From Marsupella aquatica (lineage: Eukaryota > Plantae > Marchantiophyta): 64,000 nucleotides of DNA. Positions 51,271 through 62,243 of this stretch are shown here, in pieces. Each line of letters begins with the position of its first letter. Within the stretch, counting starts at the first letter, position 1. The notes under the pieces were generated by a model. That model made no database searches. It was given only the letters and a program-made list of their open reading frames with translations, and was not told the origin of the DNA. The DNA is taken from positions 7,427,079-7,491,078 of the forward strand of contig OZ316898.1 of the NCBI GenBank assembly GCA_973895155.1, in the 5' to 3' direction. Both the position numbers and the translations under genes were made by a program.

Positions 51271-53616
51271 TCACTGCAGACTAACACACTCTGATGGCCA
51301 GAGCACAAGAGATCCTACTGCATCTGCAATTATTTCCTGAGGTGGATCATCGTCTCTATTCGGAAATGGCAAATTACAATCAGATACAATCACTGTAGTC
51401 AACAACACTACTACATGGTCATCCGGGACCACTTTGCCATGGAATTTTGCATGATCCGGTCGCAAAATGCCTGTACCCACACATACCTACGAGTCATCCT
51501 CCCATGATAGAAGATTATGGACTGGCTCTGCTGTGGCTATCACCTCCACCTTACCCTGGCTGTTTTTCTTGGCTTTCCTGGGTGGCTTATACATGACATT
51601 ATTCATACCTTGGTTGCGAGTCATGACTTTGGCACGAGTGTTTTGTGCTGGTGATCGAGAATTGGCTACACTCTTCTTCAAAGAATCTGCATCCATATTT
51701 GACACTTCTGATTGTGTAGCAGGATTTCCCTGCGACATCATCTCAGTATCTGCCAACATTGTACTTGCTTCAATTGAAGCATCTACAATCTTACTTGCAT
51801 CCAATGTTGCTCCCAAGTTTCGACGTCACTTCACCCTACTCCCACTTGGTTGAGAGTCTGTCAACTCTGCATCAACTACAATTCAGTGTCATGTCCAACA
51901 TAAGTCAATCACTCATCACATGTGCTAAATGTACATGTCACCAACCACAAAGTTGTCACTATCTCCTTACCATTATGAACAGCCTTCTTCCCCTTCTTTG
52001 CCATTGCCATATGCTCCATGTCTGCTTCTGTTGATCAATAAACACACCACAATATTCAGGTTGAATCTATTAACCATTGAATTGTTGCTCAACATTCATA
52101 TAGAGGAATTTAAAGCATCAGCTTACCTGATACCTCCTTGGCTATGGTCACTGAGGCACTGGGCACATCTTCTTCATTATTGCTCTTTGAATCACCTGAT
52201 ACATCAATCATGATGTCACTTCAGATCCCAGTTCATCCAACCAGTTCTTACAGAAAAGATTACCTCCAACCGGCTTAAGCTTCACAAAACTCCATGCACT
52301 TTTCAAATGTAATGTACTGGATCATAGCAGGTTACCTGTCTCAGCAACCTTCTTGCCCTTCTGCTTACTGATTACAGGGTCCTTCTCTGCCTCCACTCTT
52401 CTTGCATTCAAACCATTCACTCAATTCATGAAAACTTACTTCTGACATTTGAACATAGGACACAATGAACAATGGGCCGGTGTCATTTCCATACCTGTGT
52501 CAGATTTGCCAATTCCATTTTTTGTTAACAAGGGCACACTTTGTACAATGTTGCCCTCATTGTTTGGTTGGGAACCACCCAATTTTTCAATCACAAGCTT
52601 GAAATTAGATTCCACTGATGCAAGAAGGTTCGCTACAGATGCCTCCACAATATCCAAACGATCAGCCAATTTACTTTCCACTCGAGGGAGTCCACACTCT
52701 AATGACTTCAATCGTTCACACATCTCTGTGAGAGTTGTAACAGTTCCCTGTCATAACACAGCTTACATATCTCAGATAACTGTCCCCAAGAACTGGTTGC
52801 TTACTTCCTACTACATTTCTTTCTGATGCTCAAGGCCAAATAGTCACAGAACATACAGAATTACAACATAATCACCTGTTTGGAAGTTACACTTGTCACC
52901 TCACTCCTTTGTTTCATGAACTCCTCTCTCACTTCTTGTGCTGATGGTTCTTCACCTGTCAATTTCTTCTGCAGTCCACATCAACATACATATGAATGAA
53001 ACCAAGTGTTGATTGTCAATGAAAATGTAATAATGGTAGCAAGATGATAAGTTTGAGGCTTACTATCAGGCATGTCACTACCTTACCAATTGTTCTTTCA
53101 CTGGAGCATAACTTCCTCTCCCAGCCTGTGAAAGGTGTTTCACTTTGCCTCGAGCATTTGACATCAGTTCACTCTTGCTCTGTCCAGCCTCCGACATGAA
53201 CCCTTTGATTAACCGTGTCCATTGATCCAGTTCCAATGATGGGGGTGGTGGCATTCTCCTGTTAGAACCATTGTCTATCCACATCCTTTTCAACCTATGC
53301 CTCTCTTGTTTCAAAATCCTCATTGCATAATCTGATATGCAATCTTCAATTGGGCCCTTACCATCATTACCAACATACTCCCACCGTTCAAGAATGTCCT
53401 TGCAGATAGCAGCCCAATCAGCTTTGTTCTGACTCCTAAACTCTGTAATGCTCAAATCTAACCAACGCAATACTTCTCCTCTTAGGTCAGAATGCCAACG
53501 GTTCTTACCATCACATGTGGGAGTTATCCAACCTTCGGAATTCACTTCTACTTTACCAAATTTGTTACTGTCTCCTGCCTTGGTACTCCCTGAAGCGCTA
53601 CTAGGTGTCCCTCCAC
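51271..53616 (-). pseudogene. CACTA TnpA-like (Ptta/En/Spm and Tnp1-type) multi-exon gene, interrupted by Gypsy; continues at 63678-64000
   Basis: Exon peptides RWEY..KQERHRLKR..PPPSLELDQWTRLIKGFMSEAGQSKSELMSNARGKVKHLSQAGRGSYA, KKLTGEEPSAQE and C-terminal FHGKVVPDDHVVV..LPFPNRDDDPPQEIIADAVGSLVLWP. One in-frame TAG at 51487-51489. Confidence 0.8.
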
Positions 53617-55045
53617 TGTGGTATACCCGTTAGCGATAATCTTCTAAATAGGAGACATTTTTAATTTTTTTGGATGGAAGTTAGAAACTTTGAGGTTGTA
53701 AGCAGGATAATTAGCCATAAAGAGCATTAAGTGAGTAGGGAAAAGGAACGGCCTTTACCAAGAAATGAGCGGTTCAACCTGGTGACCGGTAGCAGTAAGA
53801 GCGCGAGAAAGAATGAGTACTGGCGGAGGAGCTATGCAGGTCGAGGAAGAAAACCGAAGGCTTAGGACAATTGTTGAAGCTGTAATGTGACACCACTGAT
53901 TGAAGACAGGGCGCTGCGAGTAAAACAGGGATAATTTTTGGGCAGAAGTGTCAACTCATAAGAGGCGCCCTCTGTTAGTAGTTCTTAAGACAGCACTATT
54001 TACTTACTCAGAGCACCTTTAGTAAGTTTACTAAGTAGATGTTCACTATTGTTTTACCGACAGCGCTACTAGTTGATTTTCCACCATAGTAAGAAGTCTC
54101 TTTTCTAGTTAGCAGCACTCAGTACTCTACTACTTTTCATACTAGTTAAAACTACAGTATGTAGTTTAGTTTAGATCAGCCTTTCTAGATCTCATTTTAG
54201 TTACTTTTCTTTCTAGATTCTAGGGAACACTTTCTCTGCCCTGACTTTGATGATACTTAAGCCCTTGTTTTTCCTCATTTCGGGTGAGAAGGACTAAATT
54301 GGAAGCCTGGCTGTAGATGCAAGACTCCCGGTCGCTCCCTTTGTTTGTGATCTATTCAGTTGTAGAGATTGCAAATGAAGTAAATGTTTGTGTTGAGGAA
54401 TTTGTTTTGAAAGATTCCTCGATAAACAAGTGTATGTTCAACTTCTGGAAATCAAGATGAATTTTATGATTGATTGCTTACAGTGATGAGAATCATTCAA
54501 AATTCAAAGATGAATGTTTATAGGAAAGTGTCAAATCTATCATTGAGGGACAAGAGTACCATTATTATGCCCTGGACTTTTGCATTAGTGTTTTGTCTAT
54601 GCCATACCTGATGCCTAGCCAAACCGTGTTGCCATCATTTTAATGCAAAGCTCGGCAATTATAATCTGAAATTTACCTTGAAAACGGTAGAGATTATATC
54701 TTTCCTGTGATCTTCTCATGACAAGAGCGAGATTTTGAAGGAGAAGAATATAGGAGAATGGGTTGAGTAAGACCCTAATCTTTGTTGAAGGAAGGGCAAT
54801 GCCATTCATATTCCTTGAATTCTTCCTTATGTAAATCCACCTTCAATCATGATTCCAGAATTAGTTGTTACTGGTTGATTTTATTCTGTGTTTGATCGGT
54901 TGAAGATAGAGAAATTTGAGAGGTCAGCTTATATCTCTTCATTAACACTATTTCCTTCAATAGCTTCCACTTTGTTCTTTACGGGATCGACTTTGGGTTA
55001 TCTTTGGCTTTAAACCTTGTGTTTTATTTATAGACCTATACCACA
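53617..55045 (+). repeat. Gypsy 5' LTR
   Basis: Direct repeat of 62244-63672 with 9-bp terminal inverted repeats. Confidence 0.97.
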
Positions 55046-55053
55046 TAGATTTT

Positions 55054-55071
55054 TGGCGCCGCTGCCGGGGA
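55054..55071 (+). promoter_or_regulatory. Primer-binding site, tRNA-Asp-type (Athila-like), 8 nt from the LTR
   Basis: TGGCGCCGCTGCCGGGGA differs by one base from the familiar TGGCGCCGTTGCCGGGGA PBS. Confidence 0.8.
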
Positions 55072-55435
55072 ACGAATTGGAAGTAATTGAAACTCAGGCA
55101 GTGAATGCCACTTGTAGTGAAGGATTTTAAGAGCTTAGAAGGGAGAATTTTGGCCTCATGGAGCCATCTGTGGAATGGCCGGTGATGACATTTGAGACCT
55201 ATTCTTTCACCATTGATAATGCACCACCTTCTTTTGAAGAATTGTGGCGAAGGAGAGCGCTCCGTGCAACTGAAAGGAGAAAAGAACGCACCATTAAGAA
55301 AGAAAAGCGAAATGGTGCATAATTCTCTGGCAGGGGCGGATTCTTGGTCCAGACGAAGGGAAGTGTTACTTTTTTGTACAGTATCAGGAGAGGAGCGCTG
55401 CTTTACTATGAAGAGCGCCGCGGGTTGAGGATGTA

Positions 55436-55975
55436 TTGGTTCTGTTGAAGGGGGAGGCCCTGGGTTCAGGGAGATTTCAGGGAGATTCGAGGGAGATCCA
55501 AACCATTACGCTCAAGAGGAAGTTCTGGAGGAGAGCGCTATTAGATAGCAAAGGACGACTCCAGCCGGAAGCGGAAAATTCGGAGATTGGACTTGTGCGG
55601 CAGTTACAGACGGAGCGCTACGGGATAGCAAGGGGCGCCCTCAGATTTGAAGCTGGCCCGGACGCTATCATGCCCTAGGTTCAGGGAAGTACCTTTGAGT
55701 TTCAAGTAAGGATGGACGGCTTCTTGATTAGAACGGTAAGGCTGGACAGAGGTTCGAGAGTGAATTTGCTTTCTTCTTGGTTGGTAGAACAATTAAATTT
55801 GGGACCACTTTTTGCCACCACAGTTAGGATTTGGTATGACGGGCATATCCTTCGACCTGTAGGGGAACTTAGGTCACTTGCTATTCAAGTGGGGGATGAA
55901 TACTATGTTATGGATTTTGTTATAATCGATCCCCCAGTCATGGAATTTCCTGAAATGGTGTTGCGATCCTTTTAA
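55436..55975 (+). pseudogene. Extra 5' ORF with a retropepsin-like domain (one in-frame TAG at 55676-55678)
   Basis: FEFQVRMDGFLIRTVRLDRGSRVNLLS..RPVGELRSLAIQVG..MDFVIIDP aligns by eye with the element's own protease (PEIKVQVQGCVVKGVPVDGGSSVNLMT..VPVGRLSGVETLIAG..LEYIVISP). Confidence 0.65.
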
Positions 55976-56025
55976 GCTGGTAAAGGAGGAGGCAGGCAGT
56001 ATCAAGAGGGGTAGAGAAATGAGGA

Positions 56026-57903
56026 ATGACTGAGAAAAATCAGCAACCAGGCAAGGAGGAAACCCGAGTCTCGACGTCCCAAGTCCCATCCTTTGAATCA
56101 CCGGTTCAACCGAGGGGGTTAATTGCAGAATTTCAGTCACCAGACTTTCCGCCACCTGGAAGTGTAAACGCGAGATTATCCCTCATTCAGCAGAATGATT
56201 CGAGGGGAACTCTGGAAGCGCCAACTTCTAGTAGACCAGGATTTGTGAACTTACGTTCTGGACCGAAGTTGATTGTCCCACAAAAGCCTCGAAAGAAGCC
56301 TGGAATTTCGGGGAGTTTAAGACGAGCCAGTAGTTTGGATGATCACATAACTCCATCGAGTTTTAAAACTTTCGGAACATCTCTGGTGTGGCAAGAACGA
56401 GAGAACTCACTTACCCCGCAGGAGGAGCAGAATCAAGGTAGCCTTGAGCAACCCGCAGAAGTCACAACTACGACGCCAGGCACCGCTTTACCAGAGATTG
56501 CCCAAGACCCTTATGACACTCCTGAGAGTGTTTTTGTGGTACCATTGGGAGGCGTTGAGGACTTAGATAACCTGTATACATCTCAGACATCCCACTCGGG
56601 AGTATCTTCGTTGGGAAGTGGTACATCAAATTCCAGTTTACCTTCCAGCACAACCCGCACGCCACGAGGCGGGACCTCTACCCCCGGAAGTACTAAGAGC
56701 GCCTCTCCTTCTTCAGCAGCGCCCGTAGTTACAATGGCCCGGAACCATGTGCGGTATGATAGATTTTTTGGGACCTCAAAGGAGGATGCAGAGGTTTACC
56801 TGAAGGAGTTTGAGGCCTCAGCAACTTCTAATGGGCAGAGCCTGGATGCAGAGAAAGCCAATTTATTTGGGGGGCTAATGAAGAAAAGAGCACATAAATG
56901 GTACGATCGGTTCCCAACCAAACAGGATTGGCCCAGTGTGAAGGCTGCGTTCTTGGCTAAATTCCAAGAAGATGGAGCAGCAGCCCGAGCATTTACTCGG
57001 ATATCTCACTTACGTATGAAGAAGCATGGCTCGGTAAGAAAATACGCTGATAAACTGTTGGATTTGGTTGACCAGTATAACCCTGCCACTTCTAAATTAA
57101 CTGTGAGAGATTGGTTTGTCAACGGGCTACCTTCCCGTATTGCCCGATATGTGAGGAGAGAGGGAGGCACGACTTTTGATGAAGCACAAGAAGCCGCACA
57201 GAAGTATGTCGATTCTGAGATTTCAGGGAAGAAACGGGTGAGGAAGGACTTGAAACGAGATAGGCATAAGAAGAAAAAAAAATCCAAGGACAGCTCAGAA
57301 TCGGAGGCAGAAACCACTAGCAGTTCCAGTGACGACGAGTACAGCTCCACGACCACTACCAGTGAGAGTTCGACCTCTTCTTCAGATTCGGAGAAATCTA
57401 CTCCAAAGAAGAAATCTTCCAGCAAGGGGGCCTCCAAGACCACTCACCCGAAGAACCTGGATCAGTTGATGTCAGATCTTAGTGGCAAGTTGTCTAAATT
57501 AAGTGTCAACATTGCTGCTCTTAAACCTGTGAGACGACAACCGCCTGCTATGAGAGTAAACGTTTGGTGTGCTCGTTGCAATCAGCAAGGCCATTATCCA
57601 AGTGAATGCCCGAATTCCAATCTGAAGGTAAATTACATGCAGATGCAGGAGGAGGCGGAGGGTTATGACTATGATAATTCCTATGCTGTGATAGCACCTG
57701 GGGGAAGTCAGTATTTCCCATCGACACCTCAACCAGCTCCTGGACCAGCATGGGCATCTTCGAAGCCGTTATGGTCGAGCAGTGCCGAGGCCACCTATGG
57801 GACCTCCTGGAGGATATCCACCTCGTGGTGCACCTCGAGCAAAGGGCTCTTGTTGGAACTGTGGTCAACCAGACCACTATTCTCCTCAATGCCCCTACCC
57901 TAG
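56026..57903 (+). CDS. Gypsy Gag (S/T/P-rich N-terminus, capsid, first CCHC knuckle); coding signal shifts to the next frame near 57750
   Basis: FFGTSKEDAEVYLKEFE..AHKWY..W..VKAAFLAKF, WFVNGLP and CARCNQQGHYPSEC. Confidence 0.88.
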   Translation: MTEKNQQPGKEETRVSTSQVPSFESPVQPRGLIAEFQSPDFPPPGSVNARLSLIQQNDSRGTLEAPTSSRPGFVNLRSGPKLIVPQKPRKKPGISGSLRRASSLDDHITPSSFKTFGTSLVWQERENSLTPQEEQNQGSLEQPAEVTTTTPGTALPEIAQDPYDTPESVFVVPLGGVEDLDNLYTSQTSHSGVSSLGSGTSNSSLPSSTTRTPRGGTSTPGSTKSASPSSAAPVVTMARNHVRYDRFFGTSKEDAEVYLKEFEASATSNGQSLDAEKANLFGGLMKKRAHKWYDRFPTKQDWPSVKAAFLAKFQEDGAAARAFTRISHLRMKKHGSVRKYADKLLDLVDQYNPATSKLTVRDWFVNGLPSRIARYVRREGGTTFDEAQEAAQKYVDSEISGKKRVRKDLKRDRHKKKKKSKDSSESEAETTSSSSDDEYSSTTTTSESSTSSSDSEKSTPKKKSSSKGASKTTHPKNLDQLMSDLSGKLSKLSVNIAALKPVRRQPPAMRVNVWCARCNQQGHYPSECPNSNLKVNYMQMQEEAEGYDYDNSYAVIAPGGSQYFPSTPQPAPGPAWASSKPLWSSSAEATYGTSWRISTSWCTSSKGLLLELWSTRPLFSSMPLP

Positions 57904-59248
57904 GCAGGAGGAAGGCTACACGCCAGTCTATGGGAATTGTCATAAAGAGGGCCACCTGCCAGTTGAATGCACCAATCCTCCCAAACCCAAAATGATGGTG
58001 CGCTTTGCCCAGGAACCAATTAAGGAGACTACCAGGCCGGAAGCAAAGGTTCGCATGGTATACTCCGAAGAAGTTGAGCATTGTGGATTGATTCATCATA
58101 CACAGGTAAATCGTGTCGAAGGGAAGGCCGATTCACTCTTTGCTCAATCTTTATCCGGAGTAGTACCCGATGTCATGGTGGAGCACTTAGTGAAACCGGA
58201 AGTGGTGGGACTACCTAATGCGAGAGTGCAGGACAGGGACAAGGTCTTGAAAAATATTTATGCCACCACTCGCTCCAAGCGAAAGGAGGAGAAGGAATTG
58301 GCTGTTGTAAAGAAGAAAAACACGGAGAGTAAACCTCGTGCACCAACAGAGGAAGGACTTCCCAAGGACCAGGATCCAGCTTATGATCGGTACGATCCGA
58401 AATACTTTCTACCCGATATTTCTTCAGAGGTCAAAGCTCAATTGAAGGAGCTAGTAAAGGAGACTCCTCCCGACCCCACCCTGAAGGAGGTAAAGGCACC
58501 AAAGCACAATTCTCCCATTGGTCCTTCTCAAGGATATGACATTTTGGCAGATGTGAAGAACTCCCCAGCTCAGATTACTATAGGGGAACTGTTGCAAGAT
58601 AACCCAGTGTACAGACGGCAGCTTCGAGGTCTCCTCACTGGTCGAAGACGAAGACGGAAGTTACCGGAGGTGGAGGTGCTACGAGTGATCAGTCAGGATT
58701 TAGGCCCACCCGAGATCAAGGTACAGGTTCAGGGATGTGTGGTGAAGGGAGTCCCAGTTGATGGAGGCTCTAGTGTTAATCTTATGACTCAGCAGACAGC
58801 GTTCGGTCTTGGCTTCACAAAGTTGGAGAGCACACCAAAGATTTTGCGGATGGCGGACCAATCACGAGTTGTCCCTGTGGGGAGACTAAGTGGAGTGGAA
58901 ACTCTCATTGCTGGGGTTCCTTTTTCCTTGGAGTATATTGTCATTAGTCCTGATACTCCTTCAAGTTTCCCCATTTTGTTGGGTCGACCTTGGCTGTACA
59001 AGGCTCATGTACAGGTGAATTGGAGGACTCGAGAATTAACCTTTGGACAACCCAAGGTGGTGGTGAGCTGGGCACCAGACAGACATCAAGGTGAGACTGT
59101 GACCGATGATGGATACACTTCGGACTTTTCGGATTCTACTTTAATTTTGGACCCTCTAGAGTTTGAGTTGGAAGAGGTTCGATATTTGGAGTTGTACTAT
59201 GCGGACGTATCTGCTAGGGGATCTACTCAAGTACCCAAGGAGTCGTGA
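57782..59248 (+). CDS. Gag C-terminus (two more knuckles) plus aspartic protease
   Basis: CWNCGQPDHYSPQC, YGNCHKEGHLPVEC and VDGGSSVNLM..ILLGRPWL; ends at TGA 59246-59248, in frame with RT. Confidence 0.88.
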   Translation: MPRPPMGPPGGYPPRGAPRAKGSCWNCGQPDHYSPQCPYPRQEEGYTPVYGNCHKEGHLPVECTNPPKPKMMVRFAQEPIKETTRPEAKVRMVYSEEVEHCGLIHHTQVNRVEGKADSLFAQSLSGVVPDVMVEHLVKPEVVGLPNARVQDRDKVLKNIYATTRSKRKEEKELAVVKKKNTESKPRAPTEEGLPKDQDPAYDRYDPKYFLPDISSEVKAQLKELVKETPPDPTLKEVKAPKHNSPIGPSQGYDILADVKNSPAQITIGELLQDNPVYRRQLRGLLTGRRRRRKLPEVEVLRVISQDLGPPEIKVQVQGCVVKGVPVDGGSSVNLMTQQTAFGLGFTKLESTPKILRMADQSRVVPVGRLSGVETLIAGVPFSLEYIVISPDTPSSFPILLGRPWLYKAHVQVNWRTRELTFGQPKVVVSWAPDRHQGETVTDDGYTSDFSDSTLILDPLEFELEEVRYLELYYADVSARGSTQVPKES

Positions 59249-62206
59249 CAATCACAGAATGACCAGGAGGCCCCGCAACTAGAAGCGCCCTGTGTTGAGG
59301 AAGAGCGCTCACCCCATTTGGAGGAGGCGGATATGGAGCTTCCAAAGTTTAGAGAATTTGAACTCAGACCAGCGGGTCTTACTGAAGGGATAGTAGACAC
59401 TGCTGCGTGCCAGAAAATTGAGATCGAACCTGGTAAGTTCCTCAACATCGGTCAGCACATCCAGGGCGAGCTGAGAGAACGGTATATTTTGCTGCTAACC
59501 CAATACAAGGACGTGTTTGCCTGGAGTCATGCAGATTTGAAGGGGATACACCCACACCTTGGAGAACATAGGATTGACCTGATGGAAGGGGCAGTTCCAG
59601 TTCGCCAGAGGCAATACCGTCTCAACCCCAAGTACTCAGTTCTTGTTAAAGATGAGTTAGATAAGCTTACCTCTGTTGGGTTTATTTACCCTGTACTGAG
59701 CAGCGAGTGGGTATCCCCTATTGTCATCGTTCCCAAAAAGCCTGGTCCGGACGGAAAGATGAAGATCCGTGTTTGTCAAGATTTCCGGAGACTGAATGCT
59801 GCCACTCGTAAGGACCATTACCCTCTCCCGTTCATTGACTCCGTCCTGGATTTAGTCGCACGTCATGAATGGTATAGTTTTTTGGATGGGTATTCCGGAT
59901 ACAACCAAGTCTCAATTCGTCAGGAGGACCGCGATAAGACTACTTTTACCACCGACTGGGGCACATATGCTTTCACCATGATGCCTTTCGGCCTATGTAA
60001 TGCCCCTGGAACTTTCCAGCGCATAATGATGATTATTTTTCAGGAGTATTTGAGGTGCTTCATGGAAATTTTTATTGACGACTTCTGTGTGTTTTCTAAT
60101 TCTGTGGCTGACCACTTGATACACCTTGAGAAGACCTTTCAGAAGTGCCGGGACGCTCAGCTGTGCCTACACCCAGAAAAGTGCTACATTGGAATGCAGG
60201 AAGGCATTTTGTTGGGCCATGTCATTTCTCAGCGAGGTATTGAGGTGGATAAAGAAAAAATTCAAGTGATCTTAGAGCTGCAACCTCCGGCTGATTTGAA
60301 GCAGTTGAGGGGGTTCCTGGGACACGTGGGTTACTATCGACGATTTATACATAAGTACTCGGATAGGGCTCTACCCCTCACTCAGTTGCTGAAGCAAGAG
60401 GTTCCTTACACTTGGACCCCTGAGCGACAGGCTGCTTTTCAAGCCTTGAAGGAATGTTTGGTGACCGCTCCAGTCTTGTCCCCTCCTAATTGGAGTAAGA
60501 AGTTTCATGTTTTCATTGATGCTTCTGCTTTCTGTGTAGGGGCTAATCTCAGCCAACGCGATGAAGCAAATAGGGACCATCCGATTTACTATGCAAGCAG
60601 GCAGATGAGTGCAGCGGAAAAACATTACACTGTTACTGAGAGGGAAGCTTTGGCAATTGTGTTCGCATGTAAGAAATTCCGCCACTACTTGCTCGGCTAT
60701 CAGGTTGTTTTCCATACGGACCATAATTCCTTGAAGTATTTAGTCAATCAAGTGGACCTTTCGGGACGAGTGGCTTGCTGGGTTCTTCTGTTGGAGGAGT
60801 TCGATTACGAGGTTCAGGTGCGGCCAGGGCAGCATCATGAGAATGCGGATTTTTTATCCCGACTTCCTGGTCCTGTGAATGAGCATAGTCTCTCTGATGA
60901 CTTTCCTGATGAGCAACTTTGGCATATCGAAGGTGAGTCATCCAAATATTTTGATATTGTGCAAATGTTGTTACATGGGATATTTCCTCCAGATCTGAAT
61001 GCAGAAGAGAGGGCGGTGTTTATGCATAAGGTTGGACCCTACTCCATTATCAAGGATGTACTCTTTAGACAAGGTCCTGATCAGAAGTTCCGAAGGTGTC
61101 TGGAAGAGAGAGAAATACCGACAGTGTTACAAGCTCTTCACCAGGGGGATACTGGTGGCCACTATGCCGTCAACACCACAGTTCGAAAGGTCCAGGATGC
61201 CGGATACTGGTGGCCCACAATGCATAGGGATACTTACCTGTTCATTAAGAGTTGTGACCCCTGTCAGCGAGTGGGAAAACCGATTGCTTCCTCCAAGTGG
61301 CCCTTGACATCCATTTTGCCATTGGCTCCTTTCGAGAAATGGGGAATCGACTTCATTGGACCCATCTCTCCAGCAGCACGGCGAACCCGTAGTAAGTATA
61401 TTATCCTTGCTACCGACTACGCCACCAAGTGGGTGGAAGCAGCTGCCACGAGGAAGAACGATGCTAACACTGCTGCTGCCTTTTTGTTTGAGCACATTAT
61501 AACTCGCTTTGGTTGCCCACTGGAGTTGGTAAGTGATCGCGGCCTTCATTTTCTGAATGCAACTATTGAGCTGATCACAGATCTTTACCTCATTAAGCAC
61601 CGGAAAACTACCCCATACAACCCTCGGGCAAATGGGCTTACAGAGAGGGCTAATGGTATCATGGGAAAAATCCTCAATAAGATGGTAGCAGCCCACAAAA
61701 CTGATTGGGACATTAAGTTATTCTCTGCATTATGGGCTTATAGAACTGCAGAGAAAATAACAACCTTACGCACCCCTTTTTACCTGACTTATGGATTTGA
61801 TAGTATTGTCCCTATTGAGTTTTCCATTCCCACCGACAGAATTTTGGTGCCCGACCGGCTGTCAGTTGAGGAGAGTTTACCGCATAGACTAGTTGACCTT
61901 AATTTATTAGAGGAAGACAGACTCGCTGCTTTGCATCACACTCATGTCGTCCAGAGTAAGCGTAAGAAGGTCTATGATGCTAAACTGAAAAAAGTGGAGT
62001 TAGACGTGGGTGATTTAGCCTTAATTTATGATTCTCGTTTTATGTTGTTCCCTGGAAAGATGCATACTCATTGGCTAGGACCATATCGTGTTACCAACAT
62101 ATGGAGTAATGGATCTGTAGCGTTGACTACCCTTGATGGTCATCCTTTAGATACTCGAATAAATGGCTTCCGTCTTAAACGCTATCATTCACCTGCCCCA
62201 GACTAG
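59249..62206 (+). CDS. Gypsy Pol: RT, RNase H, integrase (GPY/F), uninterrupted
   Basis: SEWVSPIVIVPKK, LDGYSGYNQ, MPFGLCNAP, FIDDF, IDASA, TDHNSL, HHCC zinc finger, D-D-E residues and WLGPY; no stop between 59249 and 62203. Confidence 0.95.
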   Translation, partial: QSQNDQEAPQLEAPCVEEERSPHLEEADMELPKFREFELRPAGLTEGIVDTAACQKIEIEPGKFLNIGQHIQGELRERYILLLTQYKDVFAWSHADLKGIHPHLGEHRIDLMEGAVPVRQRQYRLNPKYSVLVKDELDKLTSVGFIYPVLSSEWVSPIVIVPKKPGPDGKMKIRVCQDFRRLNAATRKDHYPLPFIDSVLDLVARHEWYSFLDGYSGYNQVSIRQEDRDKTTFTTDWGTYAFTMMPFGLCNAPGTFQRIMMIIFQEYLRCFMEIFIDDFCVFSNSVADHLIHLEKTFQKCRDAQLCLHPEKCYIGMQEGILLGHVISQRGIEVDKEKIQVILELQPPADLKQLRGFLGHVGYYRRFIHKYSDRALPLTQLLKQEVPYTWTPERQAAFQALKECLVTAPVLSPPNWSKKFHVFIDASAFCVGANLSQRDEANRDHPIYYASRQMSAAEKHYTVTEREALAIVFACKKFRHYLLGYQVVFHTDHNSLKYLVNQVDLSGRVACWVLLLEEFDYEVQVRPGQHHENADFLSRLPGPVNEHSLSDDFPDEQLWHIEGESSKYFDIVQMLLHGIFPPDLNAEERAVFMHKVGPYSIIKDVLFRQGPDQKFRRCLEEREIPTVLQALHQGDTGGHYAVNTTVRKVQDAGYWWPTMHRDTYLFIKSCDPCQRVGKPIASSKWPLTSILPLAPFEKWGIDFIGPISPAARRTRSKYIILATDYATKWVEAAATRKNDANTAAAFLFEHIITRFGCPLELVSDRGLHFLNATIELITDLYLIKHRKTTPYNPRANGLTERANGIMGKILNKMVAAHKTDWDIKLFSALWAYRTAEKITTLRTPFYLTYGFDSIVPIEFSIPTDRILVPDRLSVEESLPHRLVDLNLLEEDRLAALHHTHVVQSKRKKVYDAKLKKVELDVGDLALIYDSRFMLFPGKMHTHWLGPYRVTNIWSNGSVALTTLDGHPLDTRINGFRLKRYHSPAPD

Positions 62207-62243
62207 GCTTGTGAGGGCACTGCGCCGTTTGAAGGGGGGATTA

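Noticed and set aside
54615-54809. Near-identical 64-aa ORFs at 54615-54809 and 63242-63436
   Set aside because: The same LTR sequence seen twice; no coding evidence.
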